Shown: positions 30,446 through 40,345, counted from the first letter of the stretch. The stretch: 64,000 nt of DNA from Candidatus Woesearchaeota archaeon (GCA_964419155.1 CAYQOK010000001.1:3623-67622), one strand, 5' to 3'. Numbers and translations: made by a program. The notes: generated by a model from the sequence alone, not told the origin.

Positions 30446-31263
30446 AAATACAGATTTTAACAAGTGATGAAAAAAAATCAAAGGAAATTAATACAAAGAT
30501 ATTTGAATCAAAGATAAGAGATGATATTGTTCAAAAAGTAGTTGAATCTGAAAAATATTGGCAAGAATATGCTCCTGGTTATGATTCTGGAAATAAATAT
30601 TCTGCGAGTGGAAAAATAAAACATAGAAGACATGTTTGGAAATCTCATTATGGAAGAGGAATGTCAAGAATTCCAAGAAAAAGTATGTCTGTAAGAGGAA
30701 ATAGATATAATTGGGTTGGGGCCACTATTCCAAGTACAAGGGGTGGAAGAAGAGCACACCCTCCAAAAGTAGTTGAGAGAATTCTTAAAATTAATAAAAA
30801 AGAACAAAAAATAGCTTTTAAATCAGCACTTTCAATGATTGCAAAAATAGATTTAGTTAAAATGAAATATAAAAAACTGGAAAATAAAAAAATAGAGGAA
30901 AAAAATTTTCCATTTGTTTTAGATTCAAAAGTCCTTGATAAAAAGACAAAAGATTTCTTATTATTTTTAAATAATATTTTAGGAGAATTTAAGGTAGTTA
31001 GTTTTCAAGAAAAAAGTATTAGAGCTGGAAAAGGAAAATTAAGAAATAGAAGATATAAAAAGAATTCAGGTTTATTATTGGTCTTAGGAAACAATGAAAA
31101 AAAGAAAGTGAATACCATTGAAATAAAAAATGCAAAAGATTTAACTGTTAGTGATATTGCATCAAATGGTGCTAGATTAACTTTATTTACTGAAGAAGCA
31201 ATAAGAGATATTGAAGAAAGACTTGAAGGGGTCAATAAAAAACAAAAGGAAAAAGAAAAATGA
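30442..31263 (+). CDS. rpl4: Ribosomal protein L4 (L1e)
   Basis: Position and 'GRGMSRIPRK...WVGATIPSTRGGRRAHPPK'. Confidence 0.85.
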   Translation: MKIQILTSDEKKSKEINTKIFESKIRDDIVQKVVESEKYWQEYAPGYDSGNKYSASGKIKHRRHVWKSHYGRGMSRIPRKSMSVRGNRYNWVGATIPSTRGGRRAHPPKVVERILKINKKEQKIAFKSALSMIAKIDLVKMKYKKLENKKIEEKNFPFVLDSKVLDKKTKDFLLFLNNILGEFKVVSFQEKSIRAGKGKLRNRRYKKNSGLLLVLGNNEKKKVNTIEIKNAKDLTVSDIASNGARLTLFTEEAIRDIEERLEGVNKKQKEKEK

Positions 31264-31496
31264 AACCAATTGTATCAGAAAAAGCTGTTAGATTAATAGA
31301 ATCAAATAATTCATTAGTAATTGAAGTTCCAAGAAGAATGAATAAAGAAGAAATAAAAAAAGAATTTGAAGAAATTTTTAAAGGAGCTGTAGAAAAGATT
31401 AATATAAATATTAGAAAAAACAAAAAATATGCTTACATAAAATTAAAACAAAAAACTCCTGCAATTGATATTGCAACGAAGTTTGGATTAATATAA
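31260..31496 (+). CDS. rpl23: Ribosomal protein L23
   Basis: 'IVSEKAVRLIESNNSLVIEV' and operon position. Confidence 0.85.
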   Translation: MKPIVSEKAVRLIESNNSLVIEVPRRMNKEEIKKEFEEIFKGAVEKININIRKNKKYAYIKLKQKTPAIDIATKFGLI

Positions 31497-31497
31497 A

Positions 31498-32202
31498 ATG
31501 GGTAAAAGAATAATACAACAAGCAAGAGGAAAAGGAAGTTTTACTTATAGAGTAAGAAGAAAGGCATTTAAATATAGATTAAAATATCCTTTAAGAGAAG
31601 AACAAGGAAATGCAATAGTTTCAAAATTAATAAACTCTCCAGCACATACTGCGCCTATTGCATTAATAAATTTAAATGGAAAAGTGTTTTATAATCCTGC
31701 AAATCAAGGATTATATGAAGGGCAAGAAATAATTATTGGTGGTGAAGAAATAAAACAGGGAAATATATTAAAATTAAAAGATATTCCTATTGGAACAAGA
31801 GTTTTTAATGTTGAGTTAAAACCAGGAGATGGAGGGAAGATAATAAGGGCAGGTGGATTAAGTGCATTAATCACTAAAAAAGCAAAAGGAGAAGTAATAT
31901 TGATGTCCTCGAATAAAAGAGAAATAAAATTAAATGAGGATTGTAGAGCGACTATTGGAATTATTGCAGGACAAGGAAGAAAAATTAAACCAATAGTTAA
32001 GGCTGGCAAAAAAGGGTATATGATGAAAGCAAAGAATAGATTATGGCCCAGAACATCTGCAGTAAAGTTTAATGCAGTAGATCACCCATTTGGTGGTGGA
32101 AGAGGAAAGAGAATTAAGAGTAAAATTGCAAAAAGAAATTCTCCGCCAGGTAAGAAAGTAGGAACATTGAGTCCAAGGAGAACTGGAAGAAAGAAAAAAT
32201 AA
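31498..32202 (+). CDS. rpl2: Ribosomal protein L2
   Basis: 'GKRIIQQARGKGSFTYR' and 'VDHPFGGGRGK'. Confidence 0.9.
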   Translation: MGKRIIQQARGKGSFTYRVRRKAFKYRLKYPLREEQGNAIVSKLINSPAHTAPIALINLNGKVFYNPANQGLYEGQEIIIGGEEIKQGNILKLKDIPIGTRVFNVELKPGDGGKIIRAGGLSALITKKAKGEVILMSSNKREIKLNEDCRATIGIIAGQGRKIKPIVKAGKKGYMMKAKNRLWPRTSAVKFNAVDHPFGGGRGKRIKSKIAKRNSPPGKKVGTLSPRRTGRKKK

Positions 32203-32203
32203 A

Positions 32204-32593
32204 ATGGCAAAAGAATTTACATATCGTGGAAAAACATTGGAAGAATTAAAAAATATGGATACTCGTGAGTTTGCAAAACTTGTGCGTTCAAGAGAAAAAA
32301 TAACTATATTGAAGAATTTTGAAGAAATAGAAGATTTTGTAAAAAAATGCAAAATAAAAACTGAGAAAAATAAATCAATAAGAACCCATAAAAGGGATTT
32401 GGTTATTGTTCCAAAAATGATTGGTTATAAAGTATCAATTTATAATGGAAAGCAGTTTGTTCCTGTAGACATAATCCCAGAAATGTTAGGACATAGATTT
32501 GGAGAATTTTCACTTTCAAGAAATAAAATAAAACATGGTTCTGCAGGATTAGGCGCTACAAAATCAGGATCATCAAAATCAGTGAAAAAATAA
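32204..32593 (+). CDS. rps19: Ribosomal protein S19
   Basis: 'GHRFGEFSLSRNKIKHGSAG' and operon position. Confidence 0.9.
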   Translation: MAKEFTYRGKTLEELKNMDTREFAKLVRSREKITILKNFEEIEDFVKKCKIKTEKNKSIRTHKRDLVIVPKMIGYKVSIYNGKQFVPVDIIPEMLGHRFGEFSLSRNKIKHGSAGLGATKSGSSKSVKK

Positions 32594-32594
32594 G

Positions 32595-33140
32595 ATGACA
32601 GAAGAGAAAAAACAGATAAAATCAGAAGTAAATGAAAAAAAGATAGTTGAAAACTTAGAAAAAACAAATAAAGAAAATGAATCAGTAAAAGAAGATACAC
32701 CTGAAAAAAAGAAAAAGAAGATTGTAGAAAAACAAAATCCAAGAGAGTTTATATTAGTAAAAGGATTAAACCTGAGAATTTCTACAAAAAATTCAATTGC
32801 AGTTTGTAATATGATTAGAAACAGAAGCATAAAAAAAGCTCTTCAAATGTTAGAAGAAGTTTTAGAATATAAAAGAGTAGTTAAAATGAATAACAGAGAA
32901 GTAGGACATAAAAGGGGTAAAGGAGTTATGGCTGGAAGATATCCTCAAAATGTTGTTAAAGAGTTCATAAGATTAGTAAAACAACTTGAAGCTAATGCAA
33001 ATAACCATGGATTTGAGACCCAGAATACAATAATTTGGTGTAAGGCAGATCAAGCAAGCAGGCCTTATAGGGGAGGAGGAACTAGGTTTAAAAGAACCCA
33101 TGTTACACTTAAATTAATTAAAAATATAAAGAAAAAATAA
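32595..33140 (+). CDS. rpl22: Ribosomal protein L22 with Lys/Glu-rich N-terminal extension
   Basis: 'SRPYRGGGTRFKRTHVTLKL' C-terminal block. About 55-aa K/E-rich N-extension. Confidence 0.85.
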   Translation: MTEEKKQIKSEVNEKKIVENLEKTNKENESVKEDTPEKKKKKIVEKQNPREFILVKGLNLRISTKNSIAVCNMIRNRSIKKALQMLEEVLEYKRVVKMNNREVGHKRGKGVMAGRYPQNVVKEFIRLVKQLEANANNHGFETQNTIIWCKADQASRPYRGGGTRFKRTHVTLKLIKNIKKK

Positions 33141-33141
33141 A

Positions 33142-33819
33142 ATGGATGAAAAAAAATTTGTTGAATTTAAAAAAGAAGAATTATCTATGAAGAGATATAT
33201 TCATTCTTCTTTAGGTAAGGGAAAAATAAGTTCAGTAAGGGTAGAATATACTCCAATAGGAGAAAAGATAATTATCTCTACTGATAGGCCTGGAATAATT
33301 ATTGGTTCAAGAGGAGAAAGAATCAATGAACTTACAAGTGTTTTAAAAACAAGATTTAAACTTGAAAATCCTCATATTGAAATAGAAGAAATAAGAAATC
33401 CTTATTTAGATGCAAGATTAGTTGCTGATAGAATTGCTCTTGAAATAGAGAGGTTTGGTAATCTTAGATTTAAAAAAATAGCTTATAAGGAACTTACAAA
33501 AATAAGAAAAGCTGGAGCACTTGGTGCTGAAATAAGATTGGGTGGAAAATTACCTAGCGATAGAGCAAAGGTATGGAGATTTTCAGAAGGTTATTTAAAG
33601 AAAGTTGGAGAAAGTTCAAAAATTGTTGAAAAAGCAAATTCTGTTGCACTAACTAAGTTAGGAATAACAGGAATAAAAGTAAGTATATTACCTCCGGGTG
33701 CATTTTTATATGATAAAATTGAAATAACAGATGAAGTTAAACAAAGAATAAAACAAGGAATACCGGAAGAAATTGTAAAAAACAAAAAAACAAAAAAATT
33801 AGATAAGGAGAAAAAATAA
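33142..33819 (+). CDS. rps3: Ribosomal protein S3
   Basis: KH-domain 'IIIGSRGERINELTSVLKTRF'. Confidence 0.9.
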   Translation: MDEKKFVEFKKEELSMKRYIHSSLGKGKISSVRVEYTPIGEKIIISTDRPGIIIGSRGERINELTSVLKTRFKLENPHIEIEEIRNPYLDARLVADRIALEIERFGNLRFKKIAYKELTKIRKAGALGAEIRLGGKLPSDRAKVWRFSEGYLKKVGESSKIVEKANSVALTKLGITGIKVSILPPGAFLYDKIEITDEVKQRIKQGIPEEIVKNKKTKKLDKEKK

Positions 33820-33820
33820 A

Positions 33821-34060
33821 ATGGCTGTATTAAAAAACAAAGATGTTAAAAAAATGAATATTCAAGATACAGATCAAAAATTAAAAGAATTAAAAATAGA
33901 ATTGATTAAATCAAAAGTTAATAGTCAAAAATCTAGTAAGATAAGACCAAAAGAAATTAAAAGGGCAATTGCTAGAGTATTGACACAGAAAAATCTCCTA
34001 AATAAAGGAGATAAAACAAAAAACAAACATGGAGATAGATCCGAGATCAGGACTACCTAA
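33821..34060 (+). CDS. rpl29: Ribosomal protein L29
   Basis: 'DQKLKELKIELIKSKVNSQ...KEIKRAIARVLT'. Confidence 0.8.
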   Translation: MAVLKNKDVKKMNIQDTDQKLKELKIELIKSKVNSQKSSKIRPKEIKRAIARVLTQKNLLNKGDKTKNKHGDRSEIRTT

Positions 34061-34325
34061 AGAAATAGGAGTCTTTGAAGAAATAGAAAAAACCCAACAG
34101 CAGATAAAAATAGAAACTGTTAAGAGAAGATATGGAAAAATAACCACTCTTGTTTCAGGGTTTAGTAATATCGATATAAAAGATATTGCTAAAGAACTAA
34201 AACAAAGGCTTGCATGTGGTGGGACAGTGAAAAATAATGTGATAGAACTTCAGGGCGAACACAAGGGAAAAGTGAAAGAAGCCTTGATTAAGATGGGTTT
34301 TGACAAAGACTCAATAGAAGAATAA
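34029..34325 (+). CDS. sui1: Translation initiation factor SUI1 (aIF1)
   Basis: 'KITTLVSGFSNIDIKDIAKELKQRLACGGTVKNNVIELQG'. Confidence 0.85.
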   Translation: MEIDPRSGLPKEIGVFEEIEKTQQQIKIETVKRRYGKITTLVSGFSNIDIKDIAKELKQRLACGGTVKNNVIELQGEHKGKVKEALIKMGFDKDSIEE

Positions 34326-34346
34326 ATAAATAGGTGCAAAGAAAAA

Positions 34347-34679
34347 ATGAAAAAAACAGCCGAGCCTTTAGAAAATAAAGAAAAAAATAAAGATAGTTGT
34401 AAAGATAGAGATTGCCCTGTTCATGGAAATCTTAAAACTAGGGGACGATCTTTTAAAGGAAAAGTAATTAGAAAATTTCCAAGAAGGATTACAATAGAAT
34501 TTGAAAGAACATTGTATATTAGAAAATATGAAAGATATGCAAAAAAAAGAACAAGGATTCATGCAAGACTACCTGATTGTTTAAAAGATGAAATTAATAT
34601 TGGAGACTATATTGAAGTTACTGAATGTAGGCCCTTAAGTAAGATAATTCATTTTGTAGTTGTTAGGAGGATATCATGA
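34347..34679 (+). CDS. rps17: Ribosomal protein S17
   Basis: 'GKVIRKFPRRITIEFERTLYIRKYERY' and 'IGDYIEVTECRPLSK'. Confidence 0.9.
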   Translation: MKKTAEPLENKEKNKDSCKDRDCPVHGNLKTRGRSFKGKVIRKFPRRITIEFERTLYIRKYERYAKKRTRIHARLPDCLKDEINIGDYIEVTECRPLSKIIHFVVVRRIS

Positions 34680-35077
34680 AAGCAGTAAGTGCAAAAACAA
34701 CAAAAGGATTGAATATAGGGACAATAGCAGAAGTTGCAGATAATAGTGGAGCCTTAAAAGCAAAAATTGTAAGTGTTAAAGGAGGAAAAGTAAGAAGAAA
34801 AACACAACAGTATGCAAAAATTGCTGATAGAGTAAAGGTATCTATAAAAAAAGGAGTTCCTGATATGAAAGGTAAAGTTTTTGATGCAGTTATTGTAAGA
34901 CAAAAAAAATATTATAGAAGATTAACTGGAGAAAGAGTTGCTTTTGTAGATAATGCAGTTGCCATACTCAAGGATGAGAAGGGCAACCCAAAAGGAACTC
35001 AGATAAAGGGTCCTGTTTCAAGAGAAGTTGCTGAAAGGTGGCCTGCTGTCTCTAAGATAGCTAAATTTGTATTATAA
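34676..35077 (+). CDS. rpl14: Ribosomal protein L14
   Basis: 'LNIGTIAEVADNSGA' and operon position. GGAGG upstream. Confidence 0.9.
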   Translation: MKAVSAKTTKGLNIGTIAEVADNSGALKAKIVSVKGGKVRRKTQQYAKIADRVKVSIKKGVPDMKGKVFDAVIVRQKKYYRRLTGERVAFVDNAVAILKDEKGNPKGTQIKGPVSREVAERWPAVSKIAKFVL

Positions 35078-35078
35078 A

Positions 35079-35480
35079 ATGAAAAAAGAATTTTCAACCA
35101 AATGGAAGTCAAGTAAGCAGACAAGAAAACAAAGAAAATATTTAGCTAATGCTCCTCTTCATTTAAGAAAAAGAATAATCTCTTCACAATTATCAGGTGA
35201 TTTAAAGAAGAAGTATAATAGGAGAAGTATTCCATTAAGGAAAGGGGATAAAGTAACAATAACCACTGGAAACTTTAAGGGAAAATCAGGTAAAATAGAG
35301 TTAATTAATCTTAAAACAGGCAAGGTCATAATAGAGGGTATACAAAGAAGTAAAAGAGATGGTTCAAAAGTAAATGTAAGAATTGAATCTTCGAACCTAA
35401 AGGTCCTTGAGTTAAATCTCGAGGATAAAAAAAGGGTAAGCAGATTAGAAAATAAAAAAACAATTAAGGAGAAAAAATAA
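35079..35480 (+). CDS. rpl24: Ribosomal protein L24 (KOW)
   Basis: KOW motif 'KGDKVTITTGNFKGKSGKI'. Start moved to MKKEF after the L14 stop. Confidence 0.85.
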   Translation: MKKEFSTKWKSSKQTRKQRKYLANAPLHLRKRIISSQLSGDLKKKYNRRSIPLRKGDKVTITTGNFKGKSGKIELINLKTGKVIIEGIQRSKRDGSKVNVRIESSNLKVLELNLEDKKRVSRLENKKTIKEKK

Positions 35481-35481
35481 A

Positions 35482-36147
35482 ATGCATATTAAAAGAAAAT
35501 CAGCACCAGTAATCTGGGGAGTTCCTAGGAAAGGAACAAAATACTTAGTTAGATCCTCGCATGAAGTTTACAATGGTATTCCACTGATTATTGTTTTAAG
35601 AGATTTATTAAAGCAAGTTGAAAATACTAAAGAAGCTAAAAAGGTTATTGCAGATAAAAAAATACAGATTAATAGTAAGGAAATTAGGGACTTAAAATAT
35701 CCTGTGATGATATTTGATTCATTAAGTTTTCCACAATCAAATAAACATTTTAGGGCTGTAATCAAAAATAAAAGGGTATCTTTTATAGAGATAAATGAAT
35801 CTCAAAGTAAGAAGAGAGTATATAGGATATTGAATAAAAAAGTGTTAAAAAATAAAAAGATACAATTAAACCTAGACAATGGAAAAAACATACTTGTAGA
35901 TAAAAAATTTGATGTTGGGGATTTTGTAATATTTGACAATAAAGCAAATAAAATATTAGAAGCAATAAAAGTAAAAGTGGGTTTAGAAATGGTTGCAGTT
36001 GAAGGTAAGCACCTGGGAAAAACTGGATTTATTCAGTCAATAGAAGAATCAGGGGAGAAAAAAATATTAAATTTAAAAAATAAAAAAACTGGAGAAGAGT
36101 TCCAAGTAGATCTTGATAATGGATACTTAATTTATAGAGATGAATAA
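35482..36147 (+). CDS. rps4e: Ribosomal protein S4e
   Basis: 'MHIKRKSAPVIWGVPRKGTKYL'. Confidence 0.9.
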   Translation: MHIKRKSAPVIWGVPRKGTKYLVRSSHEVYNGIPLIIVLRDLLKQVENTKEAKKVIADKKIQINSKEIRDLKYPVMIFDSLSFPQSNKHFRAVIKNKRVSFIEINESQSKKRVYRILNKKVLKNKKIQLNLDNGKNILVDKKFDVGDFVIFDNKANKILEAIKVKVGLEMVAVEGKHLGKTGFIQSIEESGEKKILNLKNKKTGEEFQVDLDNGYLIYRDE

Positions 36148-36646
36148 AGAAAATATTATGAGAAATATTGAAATAGAAAAAGTAGTTCTTAATTGTGGTG
36201 CTACAGACGATAAACTTGAAAGATCTGAAAAACTATTAAAATTATTAACTGGAAGAAAAATAAAGAAAAGTTCTTCTACAAAAAGAATTCCTTCTTTTGG
36301 AGTAAGGCCTGGACTTAAAACTGGTTGTATGGTAACAATTAGGGGTAATGAAAAAGAAAAGTTATTAAAAAGATTATTAGGATCAATTGGTAATCAGATT
36401 AGAAAAAAACAAATTGTGGAGAATCAGTTTTCATTTGGAATAAAAGAATATTTAGAAATTCCTGATATGGAATATCAAAGGGATATTGGAATGTTGGGAT
36501 TAGATGTTTGTGTTGTTTTTAAAAGAAAGGGCAAAAGAGTTGGACTTAAAAAAATAAAGAGGGGAAAGGTTCCAAGTTCACAGAATGTTACAAAAGAAGA
36601 GATTTTTATGTATGTTCAAGATAAATTAGGAATAGAGGTAAAATAA
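36140..36646 (+). CDS. rpl5: Ribosomal protein L5
   Basis: 'IEKVVLNCGATDDKLERSEKLLKLLTGRK' and 'GMLGLDVCV'. Confidence 0.9.
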   Translation: MNKENIMRNIEIEKVVLNCGATDDKLERSEKLLKLLTGRKIKKSSSTKRIPSFGVRPGLKTGCMVTIRGNEKEKLLKRLLGSIGNQIRKKQIVENQFSFGIKEYLEIPDMEYQRDIGMLGLDVCVVFKRKGKRVGLKKIKRGKVPSSQNVTKEEIFMYVQDKLGIEVK

Positions 36647-36647
36647 A

Positions 36648-36878
36648 ATGACAGCAAGTGATTGGAAAAAAGCATTAAAACAATTGAAAAGAAAACCAGC
36701 TGTAAAAGCAAAATACATTAAACATTGCAAACCAAAAGAAAGAAAATTTGGGATTGCGGTAAAAAAATGTGAAAATTGTGGAAGATTTGGAGCAATGATA
36801 AATAAATACAACCTAAACCTTTGCAGACATTGTTTTAGAGAAATGGCTGTAGATTTGGGATTTAAAAAATATAGTTAG
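36648..36878 (+). CDS. rps14: Ribosomal protein S14 (zinc type)
   Basis: 'CENCGRFGAMINKYNLNLCRHCFRE'. Confidence 0.85.
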   Translation: MTASDWKKALKQLKRKPAVKAKYIKHCKPKERKFGIAVKKCENCGRFGAMINKYNLNLCRHCFREMAVDLGFKKYS

Positions 36879-36886
36879 GAGTTAAA

Positions 36887-37258
36887 ATGAGTACAGATAT
36901 AATAGCAGATACAATGAATCAAATAATGAATGCTAGAAGGGCAAATAAGAAAACAATTAGAACAACCAGATTTTCAAAATTATTGTTAAATGTTCTCGAG
37001 ATAATGAAAAAGCAAGAATATATTGACTATAGGGTTGAGGGTAATCATCTTATTATTAATATAATAAGTGTTACTGAATGCAAAGCAATAAAACCTCGTT
37101 ATAGTGTAAATATGAAGAACATAGACAAGTATATAAGAAGATTTTTACCTTCTAGAAATTTTGGATATGTTGTTGTTTCAACAAACAAAGGTTTAATGTT
37201 GCATCCAGAAGCATTGGAAAATAAAATAGGAGGAAGCCTTATAGCATTTTTTTATTAA
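36887..37258 (+). CDS. rps8: Ribosomal protein S8
   Basis: 'DIIADTMNQIMNARRANKKT' and operon position. Confidence 0.85.
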   Translation: MSTDIIADTMNQIMNARRANKKTIRTTRFSKLLLNVLEIMKKQEYIDYRVEGNHLIINIISVTECKAIKPRYSVNMKNIDKYIRRFLPSRNFGYVVVSTNKGLMLHPEALENKIGGSLIAFFY

Positions 37259-37830
37259 TGGAACAAAAAAAATCAAGTGTTAAAAGTAAGGGTATTAAAA
37301 AAACAATAAAAATACCTGAGGGAATAATTGTAACATTAGAAGAAAATAAGATTATAATGGAGAAGGATGGAAAAAAAATAGAAAGAATTGTTAATCCCTT
37401 AATTAAAGTTAAAAAAGAGAACGCAGATGTTATTATTGAAACAAAGGGTTCAAAAAGAATTGAGAGAAAAAATATTGGAACAATTCAAAGTCATATCTAT
37501 AATATGATTATAGGATTAGATAAGGATTATATTTATAGATTACAATTTTGTGCTGTTCATTTTCCAATGACTGTTAGCTTTGATGGGTCTAAAAATGAAT
37601 TTGTAATAAAAAACTTTTTAGGAGAGAAAAAAGAAAGAATTGTTAAAGTAGATAAAAATATATCTGTTAAAATAGAAAAAGATATTATAACCATATCTTC
37701 TTATGATATTGAAGCAGCAGGACAATCAGCAGTTAAACTTGAAAATAAAATAAAACCAACAAAGAGAGATAGAAGAATATTTCAAGATGGAATTTATATC
37801 ATAGAAAAACCAAACAAAATTTATTTATAA
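37258..37830 (+). CDS. rpl6: Ribosomal protein L6
   Basis: Operon position, two-domain 190 aa, 'IPEGIIVTLEENKIIMEKDGKK'. Confidence 0.85.
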   Translation: MEQKKSSVKSKGIKKTIKIPEGIIVTLEENKIIMEKDGKKIERIVNPLIKVKKENADVIIETKGSKRIERKNIGTIQSHIYNMIIGLDKDYIYRLQFCAVHFPMTVSFDGSKNEFVIKNFLGEKKERIVKVDKNISVKIEKDIITISSYDIEAAGQSAVKLENKIKPTKRDRRIFQDGIYIIEKPNKIYL

Positions 37831-37831
37831 A

Positions 37832-38329
37832 ATGGCAAAATTTCAAAGAACCAAATTTAGAGCATATGTGAAATTAGGAAAAGGACAAAAAAGTAAACAA
37901 AGTTATAGAAAAGCTACTGGAAGACATAATAAGATAAGAGAAAAACAAAAAGGAAGACCTCCAAGAGTAGAAATTGGATATAAAAATGAAACAGGGGGTA
38001 GGGGATTGATTAATAATAAATTACCTGTATTAGTTAATTGTTTAAAAGACCTTGAAAAAGTAAAAAAAGAAAATATTATAATTATTGGTAAAATTGGAGA
38101 TAAAAATAAAGAAAAAATTGCTAAGGAAATTCAAAAAAAAGGATTTGATGTGGATAATTTAAACATAAAAAAATTCCTTAAAAAAATTGAAAAAACAAGA
38201 GCTTATAAGTTAAAGAAAAAACAAGAAAAATCAAAAAATAATTCAGAAAAGAAAAAACAAGAAAAAGTTAAAGAAGAAAAAAAAATAGAAGAGAAAAATA
38301 AAGATGAAACAAAAGGAGAATCAAAATGA
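37832..38329 (+). CDS. rpl32e: Ribosomal protein L32e with long K/E-rich C-terminal tail
   Basis: 'FQRTKFRAYVKLGKGQKSKQSYRKATGRHNKIR'. About 60-aa tail 'KKQEKSKNNSEKKKQEKVKEEKKIEEK'. Confidence 0.85.
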   Translation: MAKFQRTKFRAYVKLGKGQKSKQSYRKATGRHNKIREKQKGRPPRVEIGYKNETGGRGLINNKLPVLVNCLKDLEKVKKENIIIIGKIGDKNKEKIAKEIQKKGFDVDNLNIKKFLKKIEKTRAYKLKKKQEKSKNNSEKKKQEKVKEEKKIEEKNKDETKGESK

Positions 38330-38733
38330 AAGGATTAGATAAAAGAAAAAATATAGCAGCAAAGGTACTTAATGTAGGAAAAAATAGATTATATTTTGAT
38401 CCAGAATCACTATCTGAAATAAAAGAAGCTATAACAAAACAAGATATTAGAGAACTTCATTCACAGGGAATAATTAAAGTAAAAGAGAAAAAAGGTAGAA
38501 AAAAGGTAGAAAAAAGAAAAACTAAAAGAGGGCCTGGAAAGATAAAGAAAAAAGTTAATAATAGAAAACAAGAATATGTTAAAAGAGTAAGAAAACAAAG
38601 AGAATATATTAAAAACCTACTTAAGTTAAATAAAATTGAAAAAGAAACCTATAGGGACTTAAGAAAACAAATAAAGGCAAATTCATTTAAAAGCCTTAAC
38701 AACTTAAGAGCATATTTAAGGGAGAATAAATAA
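38326..38733 (+). CDS. rpl19e: Ribosomal protein L19e
   Basis: 'KRKNIAAKVLNVGKNRLYFDPE' and 'KRGPGKIKKK'. Confidence 0.85.
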   Translation: MKGLDKRKNIAAKVLNVGKNRLYFDPESLSEIKEAITKQDIRELHSQGIIKVKEKKGRKKVEKRKTKRGPGKIKKKVNNRKQEYVKRVRKQREYIKNLLKLNKIEKETYRDLRKQIKANSFKSLNNLRAYLRENK

Positions 38734-38734
38734 A

Positions 38735-39211
38735 ATGAGAACAATTAAGAAAAGAAGATTAGAAAGAAAAACAAATTATTTAAGAAGAAGAAGAATCCTT
38801 GAAACAGAAAGGCCTAGAATAGTTATTAGAAAAACAAATAGATATATCATCATCCAGTATGTCAAAAGTGAGGGGGCTAAAGATAGTATACCCTATTCAT
38901 TTACTTCAAAAGAATTATTAAAAAAAGGATGGCCTAAAGAAAAAGCAGGATCATTGAAATCAATTAGTGGTGCATATTCTGCAGGATTTGTTTTTGGAAA
39001 GAAAATATTAAAAGAAAAAGAAAAAGCTACATTAGATATTGGTTTAATAAGAAGCACCAAAGGTTCAAGAGTTTATGCAGCATTAAAAGGAATTGTTGAT
39101 TCAGGAGCAAATGTTTATTATAATGATGTTAATTTTCCTGATGAAAAAAAGATATTTAATGAGAAATTTAAGGATATTATCAATAAAATAAAAAAATCAG
39201 AGGAAAAATAA
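38735..39211 (+). CDS. rpl18: Ribosomal protein L18 (L5e)
   Basis: 'RRLERKTNYLRRRRILETERPRIVIRKTNRYI'. Confidence 0.85.
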   Translation: MRTIKKRRLERKTNYLRRRRILETERPRIVIRKTNRYIIIQYVKSEGAKDSIPYSFTSKELLKKGWPKEKAGSLKSISGAYSAGFVFGKKILKEKEKATLDIGLIRSTKGSRVYAALKGIVDSGANVYYNDVNFPDEKKIFNEKFKDIINKIKKSEEK

Positions 39212-39212
39212 A

Positions 39213-39917
39213 ATGGCAGGAGAAACAAAAAAACAGATTATGGGAAAGGAAAGAGAAGTATTAGAAAAAGAACAAAGAATAAGTGATTGGATTCCAAAAA
39301 CAGAATTGGGAAAATTAGTAAAAGAAAAAAAAATAAAAAATATTGATGAGATTATTGGAAAAAAGATCCTAGAGGATCAAATAATTGATGTTCTTATGAT
39401 TGAGCAAGAATCAGATTTACTTTTAATAGGCCAAGCAAAAGGTAAATTTGGTGGTGGAAAAAGAAGAGCTTGGAGACAAACACAGAAAAAAACAATGGAA
39501 GAAAATATTCCATCTTTTGCAGCAATGGTTGTAATTGGAGATAAAAATGGACATGTTGGTCTTGGGTTTGGAAAAGCAAAAGAAACACTTCCAGCAAGAG
39601 CTAAGGCAGTTAGAAAGGCAAAACTTAATATGATAAAAGTTAAAAGAGGGTGTGGAAGTTTTGATTGTGTTTGTAAAGAAAATCATAGTGTTCCGTTTAT
39701 TGTTAAAGGAAAATGCGGAAGTTGTGAGATTACACTTTATCCGGCACCACAAGGAACCGGTTTGGTCATTGGAGATGAATGTAAAAAAATATTAAAACTT
39801 GCAGGAATAAAGGATGTTTATAGTAGAACCTTTGGTAAAACAAGAACAACATTTAATTTAGCAAAGGCTTGTATAAATGCGCTTGAAAAAACAAATAAGG
39901 AGAAAAAAGAAAATTAA
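39213..39917 (+). CDS. rps5: Ribosomal protein S5
   Basis: 'VVIGDKNGHVGLGFGKAKETLPARAKAVRKA'. Confidence 0.9.
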   Translation: MAGETKKQIMGKEREVLEKEQRISDWIPKTELGKLVKEKKIKNIDEIIGKKILEDQIIDVLMIEQESDLLLIGQAKGKFGGGKRRAWRQTQKKTMEENIPSFAAMVVIGDKNGHVGLGFGKAKETLPARAKAVRKAKLNMIKVKRGCGSFDCVCKENHSVPFIVKGKCGSCEITLYPAPQGTGLVIGDECKKILKLAGIKDVYSRTFGKTRTTFNLAKACINALEKTNKEKKEN

Positions 39918-39918
39918 A

Positions 39919-40344
39919 ATGATTGCAATAATAAGGATTTCGGGATTAGTGAATGTTAGTAAAGAAGTTCAGGAAACACTCTATAGAATGAGACTTAGAA
40001 GAAAATATGCTTGTGTTTTAGCTTCAGAAACTCCTGAAGAAATTAAAAAATTAAAAAAAATAAGAAGTTTTGTTGCTTATGGAAAAATTAATGAGGAAAC
40101 TATTGAAAAATTAATAAAATTTAGAGGAAAAGCAATTGATAAGAAAAAAGCAGGGGCATTATTAGATACAAAAAAAACAACTGAAAAAATCATTAAAGGA
40201 GAGTCATTTGAAAGTTTAGGAATAAAACCATTTTTTAGATTACATCCTCCAAGAAAGGGAATAAACAGCAAAATCCATTATCCAAAAGGAGTTTTGGGGG
40301 ATAATAAAGAGGATATAAACAAATTAATAGAGAGGATGTTATAA
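39919..40344 (+). CDS. rpl30: Ribosomal protein L30
   Basis: 'MIAIIRISGLVNVSKEVQETLYRMRLRR'. Start placed at the ATG right after the S5 stop. Confidence 0.85.
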   Translation: MIAIIRISGLVNVSKEVQETLYRMRLRRKYACVLASETPEEIKKLKKIRSFVAYGKINEETIEKLIKFRGKAIDKKKAGALLDTKKTTEKIIKGESFESLGIKPFFRLHPPRKGINSKIHYPKGVLGDNKEDINKLIERML

Positions 40345-40345
40345 A

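Noticed and set aside
31704-32830. Several 60-100-aa minus-strand ORFs within the r-protein operon (31704-32009, 32041-32352, 32440-32742, 32579-32830)
   Set aside because: All overlap well-supported ribosomal protein genes (L2, S19, L22). Phe/Ser/Leu-rich translations are typical of the antisense of Lys/Glu-rich coding sequence.
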